DNA of 64,000 bases, from contig CALVMD010000004.1 in NCBI GenBank assembly GCA_944342025.1, forward strand, positions 5,201 through 69,200, in the 5' to 3' direction. This stretch comes from an uncultured Clostridia bacterium. GTDB lineage: Bacteria > Bacillota > Clostridia > Christensenellales > Borkfalkiaceae. Every line of letters starts with the position of its first letter. Position 1 is the stretch's first letter. Positions 46,950 through 58,186 of this stretch are shown in pieces. The position numbers and the translations under genes were made by a program. The notes under the pieces were generated by a model. The model was not told where the DNA came from. It saw only the letters and a list, made by a program, of their open reading frames with translations, and searched no databases.

Positions 46950-49265
46950 ATGCCGAGAACAAAAAAAACATATGTATATCCGCTCGTTGCGCTCAGGGGC
47001 AAGGTCATTTTCCCCGATTCGCAGTCGAGCTTTGACGCGGGCAGGCTGATTTCGCTGACCGCGATCTCCCGTGCGTCCGAACGGGACATGACGCTTTTCG
47101 TCAGCTTTCAGAAAGATGCGACGAAGGAAGCCATCTCGTCCAAGGATGTCTGCACGGTGGGGACCGTCGTCAAGATCAAGCAGATCGCAAAACTTCCTTC
47201 CAACAATCTCCGCGTGAGCGTAGACGGACTTTATCGCGCCGAGGCGGAAGAAATTTATGAGGAAGACGGATGCTTTAACGCAGTCGTGACCCGCATGAAG
47301 GCGGTGCACGGCGACGAAGTACTGGAAGAGGCGTACTTCCGCACGGCAAAAGAGGTCGTGCGCGAACTTCTTTCGGGGGATATGCGTTACCCCAAAGAAA
47401 CGCTCGCTCTGCAGGACCTTTCCGATCCCGACGTTTTTGTCAACCGTTCGATGCAGTATCTGCATATCAAAGAAGAGGTCAAACAGCAGATTTTGGAAAC
47501 CGCCAACGTGGCGGAGCGGCTGAAACTGTACGAGCGCTGCCTCAACGACGAATTGGAGATCGCAAAACTCGAAAAGAAGATCAGTTCGATGGTGCGGCGC
47601 AGCATCGACAAGAATCAGAAGGAGTATTTTCTCCGCGAGCAGCTCAAAGCCATCCATACCGAACTCGGCGACGACGAGCAGGAGCGGGACACGCTCACCC
47701 GTCAGATCAAAGACAAACACATGCCTGCCGAGATCGAGGAAAAAGCGCTCAAAGAGATCGGCCGCATGGATAAAATGCCGCCTTCTTCTCCCGAATACAC
47801 GGTGATCCGCAATTATCTCGACTGGCTGATCGATCTTCCGTGGACGGAGGAGACGAAAGACACCGAAAACATCCTCGACGCGAAAAAGATTTTAGACGAA
47901 GACCATTACGGGCTGGAAAAGGTCAAGACGCGCATTACGGAGTATCTTGCCGTTTTGCAGCTGACAAAGAGCATGAACGCGCCTATCCTCTGTTTTGTGG
48001 GGCCTCCGGGCGTCGGAAAAACTTCCATCGCGAAGTCGGTCGCTCGGGCGCTCGGCAGAAAGTTTGTGCGCATGAGCCTCGGCGGGGTCAAAGACGAGGC
48101 GGAGATCAGGGGGCACCGCCGCACCTATGTCGGCGCAATGCCCGGCCGCATCATTTACGCGATGAAACAGGTCGGCTCGATCAATCCCGTTTTCCTGCTC
48201 GACGAGATCGATAAGGTGTCTTCCGACATGCGGGGGGACCCCGCGAGCGCACTTTTGGAGGTGTTGGATCCCGAACAGAACGCGGCTTTCCGCGACAGGT
48301 TCCTCGAAGTCCCGTACGATCTTTCCAAGGTGCTCTTTATCACCACCGCCAATACGGTGGATACGATACCCGCGCCGCTTTTGGACAGGATGGAGCTGAT
48401 CGAACTGAACGGCTACACGCTGGACGAAAAGCGTGAGATCGCAAAGCGGTACCTCGTTCCCAGAAAGATCGAAGAAAACGGTCTGAAACCAGAGCTTTTG
48501 GAGATCACGGACGGGGCGATCACGGCGATCATCGAAGGATATACGATGGAGGCGGGCGTGCGCAGCCTCGAGCGGCAGATCGGTTCGGTGTGCCGCAAGA
48601 TCGCGGTGCGCTATGCCGAAAACAAGCAGATGGAAAAACAGACCGTCACCGAAGACAATCTGGAGGAGATCCTCGGCGTTAAAAAATACACGCGCGATCT
48701 TTCCAAACTGGACGGCGACGAAGTGGGCGCCGCAACGGGGCTTGCGTGGACGAGCGTCGGCGGGACGACCCTTACCATCGAAGTTTCCGCAATGCCCGGG
48801 AAGGGGGACATTCTCCTCACGGGCAAGCTCGGCGACGTGATGAAGGAGTCCGCAAGGGCCGCGATCAGCTATATCCGCGCACATGCCGACAAGTACGGGA
48901 TCGACAGCGAGGCGTTTTCAAACACCGACATCCACATCCACGTGCCCGAGGGTGCGACGCCGAAAGACGGGCCGAGTGCGGGCATCACGATGGCGACGGC
49001 GATTCTGTCCGCCTTTACGCATAAGCCTGTCCGCAGGGACATCGCGATGACGGGCGAGATCACGCTGCGCGGCAAGGTTTTGCCCATCGGCGGGCTGAAA
49101 GAGAAGGCGCTCGCGGCGCACCGCGCGGGTATCAGAAACATCATCATTCCCAAAGAAAACGAAAAGGACGAAGAGGAGATCCCGTCCAATGTCCGCGGCG
49201 AATTGAATTTCATTCCCGCCACGGAGGTGGATACGGTGTTCCATAACGCCATCGCGGGGTTATAA
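46950..49265 (+). CDS. lon: ATP-dependent protease La
   Basis: GPPGVGKT, HRRTYVGAMPG, LLDEIDK, PKDGPSAG, GGLKEK. Confidence 0.97.
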   Translation: MPRTKKTYVYPLVALRGKVIFPDSQSSFDAGRLISLTAISRASERDMTLFVSFQKDATKEAISSKDVCTVGTVVKIKQIAKLPSNNLRVSVDGLYRAEAEEIYEEDGCFNAVVTRMKAVHGDEVLEEAYFRTAKEVVRELLSGDMRYPKETLALQDLSDPDVFVNRSMQYLHIKEEVKQQILETANVAERLKLYERCLNDELEIAKLEKKISSMVRRSIDKNQKEYFLREQLKAIHTELGDDEQERDTLTRQIKDKHMPAEIEEKALKEIGRMDKMPPSSPEYTVIRNYLDWLIDLPWTEETKDTENILDAKKILDEDHYGLEKVKTRITEYLAVLQLTKSMNAPILCFVGPPGVGKTSIAKSVARALGRKFVRMSLGGVKDEAEIRGHRRTYVGAMPGRIIYAMKQVGSINPVFLLDEIDKVSSDMRGDPASALLEVLDPEQNAAFRDRFLEVPYDLSKVLFITTANTVDTIPAPLLDRMELIELNGYTLDEKREIAKRYLVPRKIEENGLKPELLEITDGAITAIIEGYTMEAGVRSLERQIGSVCRKIAVRYAENKQMEKQTVTEDNLEEILGVKKYTRDLSKLDGDEVGAATGLAWTSVGGTTLTIEVSAMPGKGDILLTGKLGDVMKESARAAISYIRAHADKYGIDSEAFSNTDIHIHVPEGATPKDGPSAGITMATAILSAFTHKPVRRDIAMTGEITLRGKVLPIGGLKEKALAAHRAGIRNIIIPKENEKDEEEIPSNVRGELNFIPATEVDTVFHNAIAGL

Positions 49266-49882
49266 TGATCATAAAAGAGGCAAAATTTATTGTGTCCGCG
49301 GCGGAGAAAAAGGGATTTCTCTGCCCGGATAAGCCGATGATCGCCGTTTCGGGCAGGTCGAACGTGGGCAAAAGCTCGTTCATCAATTTGCTTGCGGGCC
49401 GCAAAAAACTCGCAAAAACGTCGGCGGATCCCGGAAGGACGCGCCTTGTGAATTATTTCGATTTCGGAGAATTTCTCCTTGCGGATCTGCCGGGGTACGG
49501 TTTTGCGCGCGTTTCAAAGGCCGAAAAAGACCGCTGGGCGCGTATGCTCGAAGATTTTTTTGCGGAAAGGGAACACATTTCGCACGTATTCGCGCTCGTG
49601 GACATCCGTCACGACCCTTCGGCCGACGATCTGACGATGGTCGATTTTCTCTATGCGTCGCGCATTCCGTTTACCGTCATCGCCACCAAATCCGACAAGA
49701 TCGCGCGGACAAAAGTCAAAAACTATGTCCGCCGCATCGCCGCCTGCCTGAAAACGGGCGAGGGCAATATCCTGCCCGTCTCTTCTGAAACGGGCGCGGG
49801 GAAGGAGCAGGTTTTGTCGCTCCTGGACGAGATCGTGCAAAGAGATCTCGATGTGCAGGAAGAAGATTCGGCCGAGGAGTAG
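49265..49882 (+). CDS. engB: Ribosome biogenesis GTPase EngB/YihA/YsxC
   Basis: GRSNVGKSS, PGRT, DLPGYG, TKSDK; follows lon. Confidence 0.95.
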   Translation: MIIKEAKFIVSAAEKKGFLCPDKPMIAVSGRSNVGKSSFINLLAGRKKLAKTSADPGRTRLVNYFDFGEFLLADLPGYGFARVSKAEKDRWARMLEDFFAEREHISHVFALVDIRHDPSADDLTMVDFLYASRIPFTVIATKSDKIARTKVKNYVRRIAACLKTGEGNILPVSSETGAGKEQVLSLLDEIVQRDLDVQEEDSAEE

Positions 49883-49952
49883 AAAAGCGTTGCTTTTTGT
49901 GCGCTTTTGTATTATAATGAAATATCAAAACGCGGGAGAACGATAGACATCC

Positions 49953-50798
49953 ATGCAAAGCATTCTTGCAGCATCTTTTCTGAATACGCCGTGGGGGATG
50001 GCGATCTTTATCATTTTGGACATCGCGGTGTTCATCCTGATCGCGGCGCTCAATTATCGGTGGCTTTTCAAACGGCTGTTCGATATTCTGTTTTCTGCGG
50101 TTTTTTTGGCGGTGTTTCTGCCGTTTTTCCTGATCTTCCTCGGCGTCGACGCGCTGTATAACAGGACTGCGAACGCATATCGCTCGCTGTTCGAGCATAC
50201 AGAATACTGCGGCAAGAAGGAAAAGCCTTTCCGCGTGAGCGTGCTTTCGACCGAGCGCGTCCTGCACGACGAAGCGGGAGCGCTTCTGCCCGAAGAAGAA
50301 AGGATCACCCGTTTCGGGAAGTTTTTGAAGGGCAGCGGGCTGAAATATTATCCCATGCTCGCGCTCGTTTTTCTCGGCCGCATGAGCTTTGTCGGCCCCG
50401 TGCCGATGACGGCGGAAGACGCGGCGGCTCTTGCGCCCGAACGCAAAGTGCGCTTTTCGGTCCGACCCGGGTTCGTCAGTTCGCTCTCGCGTTATGGCGG
50501 GGAAAAGCTGACGTATGCGGATATGTTCGAGGAGGACGAAGAGTACGTCCGGCACATCAATCTTTTTCGCGATCTTGCCTTTTTTATGACCCGCCTCGCG
50601 CAGAAGGTGCGCGGCGAAAAGTCGAACAATCTCGGGGAAGTCGCAAAGAGGAGCTATATCGAGGCTTGCCTTGCCGAAGGGACGCTGACGGAAGAAGAGG
50701 CGGAGGCGATTCGCCGCGACGTCGCCGAGCGCGCCGTCAGGCGCAGCAGCGCGGCAGAAGAAAAGAAACGGTTTCAGGAGCGGGATATGCTCCGCTGA
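49953..50798 (+). CDS. Bacterial sugar transferase (phosphoglycosyl transferase)-like membrane protein with degenerate active site
   Basis: KRLFDI, RITRFGKFL, GRMSFVGP, RFSVRPG; LDELP replaced by LKYYP. Confidence 0.7.
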   Translation: MQSILAASFLNTPWGMAIFIILDIAVFILIAALNYRWLFKRLFDILFSAVFLAVFLPFFLIFLGVDALYNRTANAYRSLFEHTEYCGKKEKPFRVSVLSTERVLHDEAGALLPEEERITRFGKFLKGSGLKYYPMLALVFLGRMSFVGPVPMTAEDAAALAPERKVRFSVRPGFVSSLSRYGGEKLTYADMFEEDEEYVRHINLFRDLAFFMTRLAQKVRGEKSNNLGEVAKRSYIEACLAEGTLTEEEAEAIRRDVAERAVRRSSAAEEKKRFQERDMLR

Positions 50799-50907
50799 AT
50801 TTTTTGGATATACGGAGGGCGGGGGCGCTTGCGCCTCTGCCCGCGTTTTTTTACGGACGGCGTTTGAATGGAACGCCGCCGTCATATCGGGTACGGGAGG
50901 GGAAATC

Positions 50908-52242
50908 ATGCCAATGCAGCAGTCCATGTTTTTGAGCGATGCGGATCTTCCGCTTGCGGCCAGGCTTCGTCCGCGCACGCTCGAAGAGTTTGCGGGGCAG
51001 AAGCATCTGCTCGGCGAGGGCAAAGTCCTGCGCAGGCTCATCGAGAGCGACAGGATCGGCTCCATGATCTTCTGGGGGCCGCCGGGCGTGGGCAAGACGA
51101 CGCTCGCGCGCATCATTGCGGGACGCACGAAGGCGGCTTTCATCGATTTTTCCGCCGTCACGAGCGGGGTCAAAGAGATCAAACAGGTCATGGAGCAAGC
51201 GGAAAGGAACCGCGTTTACGGCGAAAAGACCATCTTGTTCGTCGATGAGATCCACCGATTCAATAAGGCGCAGCAGGATGCGTTCCTGCCCTTCGTAGAG
51301 CGGGGCAGCGTCATCCTGATCGGCGCGACGACAGAGAACCCGTCTTTCGAGGTCAACGGGGCGCTTTTGTCCCGCTGCAAAGTCTTTGTCTTGCAGCCGC
51401 TCAAAACGGAAGAGCTGTGCGGCCTTCTGCGCCGTGCGCTTGCCGACGAGCGCGGGTTCGGCGGGCAGAACGTGGAGATCGGAGACGACCTCGTCGAGGC
51501 GATCGCCGCCTTTGCCAACGGCGACGCGCGTTCGGCGCTTTCCACGCTCGAAATGGCCGTCCTCAACGGGGAGACGGACGGGGACAGGACAATCGTCACC
51601 CGCGAGACGGTCGAGCAGTGCACTTCCAAAAAATCTCTCCTGTACGACAAGAAGGGCGAGGAACACTATAACCTCATTTCCGCGCTGCACAAGTCCATGC
51701 GCAATTCCGACCCCGACGCCGCCGTTTACTGGCTGGCGCGCATGCTGGAGGCGGGGGAGGATCCGCTGTACGTGGCGCGCCGCGTGACCCGCTTTGCGAG
51801 CGAAGACGTCGGGCTTGCCGATCCGCGCGCCCTCGAGATCGCCGTCGCGGCTTACCAGGCGTGTCACTTTATCGGCATGCCCGAATGCAGCGTGCATCTG
51901 ACGGAAGCCGTCGTGTATCTGTCGATGGCGCCTAAGTCAAACGCCCTCTATACGGCGTACGAGAGCGCGAAAAAGGACGCTCTCACCATGCTCGCCGAGC
52001 CCGTTCCGCTCGTCATCCGCAACGCGCCGACAAAGCTCATGAAGGAACTGGAATACGGCAAGGGATACCGCTATGCGCACGATTATGCGGATAAACTGAC
52101 GGACATGCAGTGTCTGCCCGATTCGCTCGAGGGGCGGGAGTATTACCGCCCGACCGAGGAAGGCGTGGAGGCGAAGATCGCGGCGCGCCTTGCCGAGATC
52201 AAGGCGTGGAAAAAAGCGGAGCGCGGCAAAAACAAAAAGTGA
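50908..52242 (+). CDS. rarA: Replication-associated recombination protein A (MgsA/RarA)
   Basis: PLAARLRP, GPPGVGKTT, DEIHRFNKAQQD, GATTENP, SALHKS.R.SD, SEDVGLADP. Confidence 0.95.
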   Translation: MPMQQSMFLSDADLPLAARLRPRTLEEFAGQKHLLGEGKVLRRLIESDRIGSMIFWGPPGVGKTTLARIIAGRTKAAFIDFSAVTSGVKEIKQVMEQAERNRVYGEKTILFVDEIHRFNKAQQDAFLPFVERGSVILIGATTENPSFEVNGALLSRCKVFVLQPLKTEELCGLLRRALADERGFGGQNVEIGDDLVEAIAAFANGDARSALSTLEMAVLNGETDGDRTIVTRETVEQCTSKKSLLYDKKGEEHYNLISALHKSMRNSDPDAAVYWLARMLEAGEDPLYVARRVTRFASEDVGLADPRALEIAVAAYQACHFIGMPECSVHLTEAVVYLSMAPKSNALYTAYESAKKDALTMLAEPVPLVIRNAPTKLMKELEYGKGYRYAHDYADKLTDMQCLPDSLEGREYYRPTEEGVEAKIAARLAEIKAWKKAERGKNKK

Positions 52243-52485
52243 CGGCGCAGCGCTTTGAGACAGGATGCGCTTTTTCGGGCCGGTCCGGCTTTCGGGGCGC
52301 ATATCGGAGATCCGGGCGGTTTTTGCGTTCCGGCAGCCGCCTGCGCCGCGAAGGCCGCACGGGCTTTTTTTTGCCGCGGCGGGAAAAGGCTTGAAGTTTG
52401 CGGCGAAATGTGCTATCCTTATAAGGTAAAAATTACTGACGGAAAGGGCGCGCCCGCCGCTTGCGGCGGGCGCGCGGTGTGAACG

Positions 52486-54804
52486 ATGGACCGCATTTTA
52501 GAGAAACTCAATCCCGAACAGCTCAAACCCGTTCTGGACACGGAGGGCGCCGTTCTGGTGCTTGCCGGCGCGGGCAGCGGCAAAACGCGCGTGCTCACTT
52601 CGCGCATCGCGTACCTCGTCGAGGAGAAAGGGGTATATCCTTCCTCGATCCTGGCGATCACTTTTACGAACAAGGCCGCCGACGAAATGCGCCAACGCCT
52701 TTCGCGCATGGTAGACGGATCGGAAAAAATGTGGATCTGCACCATCCACAGCATGTGCGTGCGCATCCTGCGGCAGTATGCCGAGCGCATCGGATATAAT
52801 TCCAACTTTTCCATTTACAGCGATACCGAGCGGACGAACGTCGTCAAAAAAGCTTTCGCCGAGTGCGGGTTGGAAGACGAAAAACTTCTCAAAAATGTAA
52901 AATTTCACATCGGCAACGCGAAGATGTTGGGACTTTCTCCCGAAGAATACGCCGAAAAAAACCGCGACGTGAAGAATATCGGCGAGATCGTGCGGGTATA
53001 CGCGGCGTATCAGGAACACCTGAAAGCGTATAACGCGCTCGATTTCGACGACCTGCTCACCGAAACGCTCCGCCTTTTGGAGCGCGACAAAGATGCGCTG
53101 GAATACCTTTCGGGCAGGTTCCGCTATATCCATGTGGACGAATTTCAGGATACCAACCGCGTGCAGTACGAGATCGTGCGGCTATTGTCCACGGTACACG
53201 GCAATCTGTTTTGTGTGGGCGACGACGACCAGAGCATTTACGGCTGGCGGGGCGCGAAGATCGAAAACATTTTGGAATTCGAGAAGGATTTCAAGGGCGC
53301 GAAAGTCTATAAGCTCGAACAGAATTACCGCTCGACCAAAAACATCTTGAAACTTGCCAATACCGTCATCAAAAACAACGGCAGGAGAAAGGATAAAGAA
53401 CTCTGGACGGAAAACGACGAGGGCAGGGAAGGCACGTATTTTCAGGCGGAAACGGAGACGGAAGAGGCGCTGTACGTGACCCGCACCATCTCCGACCTGA
53501 TGCGGGAAGGGTATTCCTTTTCCGATTTTGCCGTACTCATGCGCATCAACGCGCTCACGCGCTCGTTCGAGCAGGAGTTCGCAAAGTATACCATCCCGTT
53601 CAAAGTGTTCGGCGGGTTCCGTTTCTATGAACGCCGCGAGATCAAAGACCTTCTCGCGTACCTGCGCATCATCAATAACCCCTTCGACAGCGAGGCGGTC
53701 ACGCGCGTCATCAACGTCCCCAAGCGCGGCATCGGCGCCAAAACGGTGGAAACGCTCGAACAATACGCCGCGGGGACGGGGCTGTCCGTGTACGACGCCG
53801 TCCTCGAAGCGGATGAACTGCCGCTCAACGCGTCGAGCAAGCAAAAAGTCAAAGCGTTTGGTCAATTGCTGAAAAACCTCGTCCTGAAAGGGATGGAGAT
53901 GAGCGCGGACGAGCTGGTGCGCGAGGTCATCAACGACAGCGGCATCCTTTCGATGTATGCCGACGATTCGGACGAGAGCATCAACAAAAAGGCAAACATC
54001 GACGAATTTGTCAATTCGGTAGACGAATTCTGCAAACTCAATAAAGGCGCGTCGCTCGCGGATTTTCTCAACCAGGTCACGCTCAGTTCGGACACCGACG
54101 ACATGGACGAGAGCGAATACGTGACGCTCGCGACCATCCATTCGGTCAAGGGGCTGGAATTCAAGGTCGTGTTCGTCGTCGGCATGGAAGAAAACGTCAT
54201 GCCTGTCTCCCGCGCGTCGTTCGACGACAACGAGCTGGAAGAGGAGCGGCGGCTGATGTACGTCGCCATCACCCGCGCGAGGGAAAGGCTTTTTCTCACG
54301 CGGTCGAAGAGCCGCTATCTGTACGGCAAGAGAGAGGCGACGCTGCAATCCCGCTTCATCGACGAACTTTCGTCCGTGATCGACGTTCCCGCCTCCCGCT
54401 CTCCTTACGAGAGCTATGCGCGCCGCGCGGCAGACTCCTATTCGTCTTACCGCGGCGGGTACTCGGGCTATTCTTCTTACGGCAGAAAGTTCGGGCAGGA
54501 CCGTTCGCGCGAGGACGACGATTACGGCTATCAGAGCGATCTCCCTCCCGAGCCGCAAAAGAGCGCAGGGTCCTTCAGCGCTGCCGCGGCGTACAGGCAG
54601 GCGTCGCCGCGGCCCGCGGCGGCAGGGGAAAAGGACTATGCCGCATTCAAAGCGGGCGTAAAGGTGAAACATCCTAAATTCGGAGAGGGGATGATCGTCG
54701 GTATAAAGGGATCGGGCAGCGCGATGGTGCTCAGCGTCAGTTTTCCCGGGCTCGGCATCAAGGCGCTCTCCGCGCAGCTCGCGCCGCTGACCGTGATCGG
54801 ATAA
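52486..54804 (+). CDS. pcrA: ATP-dependent DNA helicase PcrA/UvrD
   Basis: AGAGSGKT, DEFQDTN, GDDDQSIYGWRGA, EERRLMYVAITRA, C-terminal HPKFGEG Tudor-like domain. Confidence 0.95.
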   Translation: MDRILEKLNPEQLKPVLDTEGAVLVLAGAGSGKTRVLTSRIAYLVEEKGVYPSSILAITFTNKAADEMRQRLSRMVDGSEKMWICTIHSMCVRILRQYAERIGYNSNFSIYSDTERTNVVKKAFAECGLEDEKLLKNVKFHIGNAKMLGLSPEEYAEKNRDVKNIGEIVRVYAAYQEHLKAYNALDFDDLLTETLRLLERDKDALEYLSGRFRYIHVDEFQDTNRVQYEIVRLLSTVHGNLFCVGDDDQSIYGWRGAKIENILEFEKDFKGAKVYKLEQNYRSTKNILKLANTVIKNNGRRKDKELWTENDEGREGTYFQAETETEEALYVTRTISDLMREGYSFSDFAVLMRINALTRSFEQEFAKYTIPFKVFGGFRFYERREIKDLLAYLRIINNPFDSEAVTRVINVPKRGIGAKTVETLEQYAAGTGLSVYDAVLEADELPLNASSKQKVKAFGQLLKNLVLKGMEMSADELVREVINDSGILSMYADDSDESINKKANIDEFVNSVDEFCKLNKGASLADFLNQVTLSSDTDDMDESEYVTLATIHSVKGLEFKVVFVVGMEENVMPVSRASFDDNELEEERRLMYVAITRARERLFLTRSKSRYLYGKREATLQSRFIDELSSVIDVPASRSPYESYARRAADSYSSYRGGYSGYSSYGRKFGQDRSREDDDYGYQSDLPPEPQKSAGSFSAAAAYRQASPRPAAAGEKDYAAFKAGVKVKHPKFGEGMIVGIKGSGSAMVLSVSFPGLGIKALSAQLAPLTVIG

Positions 54805-56781
<1,977 letters not shown>

Positions 56782-56890
56782 CTTGAAATTTTTTGCGGAT
56801 TCTGCTATAATGCAAGATGCGGGAGCGTGCGCGGCGGTCTGCGGATGTTTCCGGGCTTTCAAAGGCTTCGCAAAGGGGAACGGTGTTTTT

Positions 56891-57766
56891 ATGTTCAGCA
56901 TGACCGGATACGGAAAAGGGGAATACAAAAAGGAAGGGATCGAGATGACAGTCGAGGTCAAAACGGTCAACAACCGCTATCTCGACATTTCCGTCAAAAG
57001 CCCCAAAGTATTCAACGCTTACGAAGAGGTCATCCGTTCCGTCGTCCGCAAAAAGCTGACGCGCGGGCATGCGGACATCTTTATCAATTTTATCGACAAG
57101 AGAGAGAAGGCGAAGAGCCTGTACGTCGACCTTCCCGCGGCGAAAAGCTGGGCGGACGCGGCGGAAAAGCTGAAAAACGCGTTTCCTTCCCTGCAAGACG
57201 ATTTCACGCTGACTTCTCTCATGAAAAGTTCCGACGTTGTGCGGCAGGAAGAGGCGCAGGGCGCGGACGAAGAGCTGATCTCGGCGCTCGTTTCGGCGCT
57301 GGAGGCGGCGCTCGATCGGCTGAACGAGATGCGGCTGAAAGAGGGGAAAAAGCTGGAAGAGGATATGCTCTCGCGCATGAACACGATCGAAGGGTTGGTC
57401 GCAAACATTTCCGAGCGCGCGCCGTTGGTCGCGGAGGAGTACCGCAGACGGCTTGAAGAGCGCATAAAGGAAGTTTTGTCGGGCGTCAACGTCGACGAGG
57501 GCAGGATCCTGACCGAGGCGGCCGTCTTTGCGGATAAATCGAACATCGACGAGGAACTGACAAGGCTGCGTTCGCACATCGGGCAGTTCCGCTCCATCTG
57601 CAAAGAGGAGCGCGTGGGCAGAAAGCTGGATTTTCTGGTGCAGGAGTTCAACCGCGAGGCAAATACGATCTGTTCCAAGAGCAACGACCTTTCCGTCACG
57701 GGCAGCGGGCTTGCGCTGAAAAACGAGATCGAAAAGGTGCGCGAGCAGGTGCAGAACGTAGAGTGA
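56891..57766 (+). CDS. yloC: YicC/YloC family endoribonuclease
   Basis: SMTGYG, VNNRYLD, EELTRLRSH, GRKLDFLVQEFNREANT, REQVQNVE. Confidence 0.93.
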   Translation: MFSMTGYGKGEYKKEGIEMTVEVKTVNNRYLDISVKSPKVFNAYEEVIRSVVRKKLTRGHADIFINFIDKREKAKSLYVDLPAAKSWADAAEKLKNAFPSLQDDFTLTSLMKSSDVVRQEEAQGADEELISALVSALEAALDRLNEMRLKEGKKLEEDMLSRMNTIEGLVANISERAPLVAEEYRRRLEERIKEVLSGVNVDEGRILTEAAVFADKSNIDEELTRLRSHIGQFRSICKEERVGRKLDFLVQEFNREANTICSKSNDLSVTGSGLALKNEIEKVREQVQNVE

Positions 57767-57889
57767 CCCGTTTGAGAAAGTCCCGGCGTGTTGCCGCCTG
57801 CGGTTTTCTTAAAAATCACGGTGTGCCGCGGTGCTTTTGCGCGGGAAACACGTGAAAATGAACACACAAATCTTTTGGAGGTAAATATC

Positions 57890-58111
57890 ATGATCAATAA
57901 ACCTTCCGTGGACAGTCTGGTAGAAAAATTGGGTACGGACGGGCATCCCGCGTCGCGCTATGCGCTGTGCGTGGTGGTGGCAAAACGCGCCCGTCAGATC
58001 ATCGATCAGGAGCAGAATCAGGGGATCAAAGAACTTCCCGGCAACGTGAAAGAGATCGCGCTTGCCTGCCAGGAGATCGAAAACGGCACCCTCCAGATGA
58101 CCAGAGACTGA
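57890..58111 (+). CDS. rpoZ: RNA polymerase omega subunit
   Basis: KPSVDSL, SRYALCVVVAKRARQI, LACQEI; GGAGG RBS. Confidence 0.9.
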   Translation: MINKPSVDSLVEKLGTDGHPASRYALCVVVAKRARQIIDQEQNQGIKELPGNVKEIALACQEIENGTLQMTRD

Positions 58112-58186
58112 GGGCGACAGCCGGATAACACTGCACGAATTGCTCCGAATCACATCGGGGCATTCTGTTTTTATTGAGGGATACAC

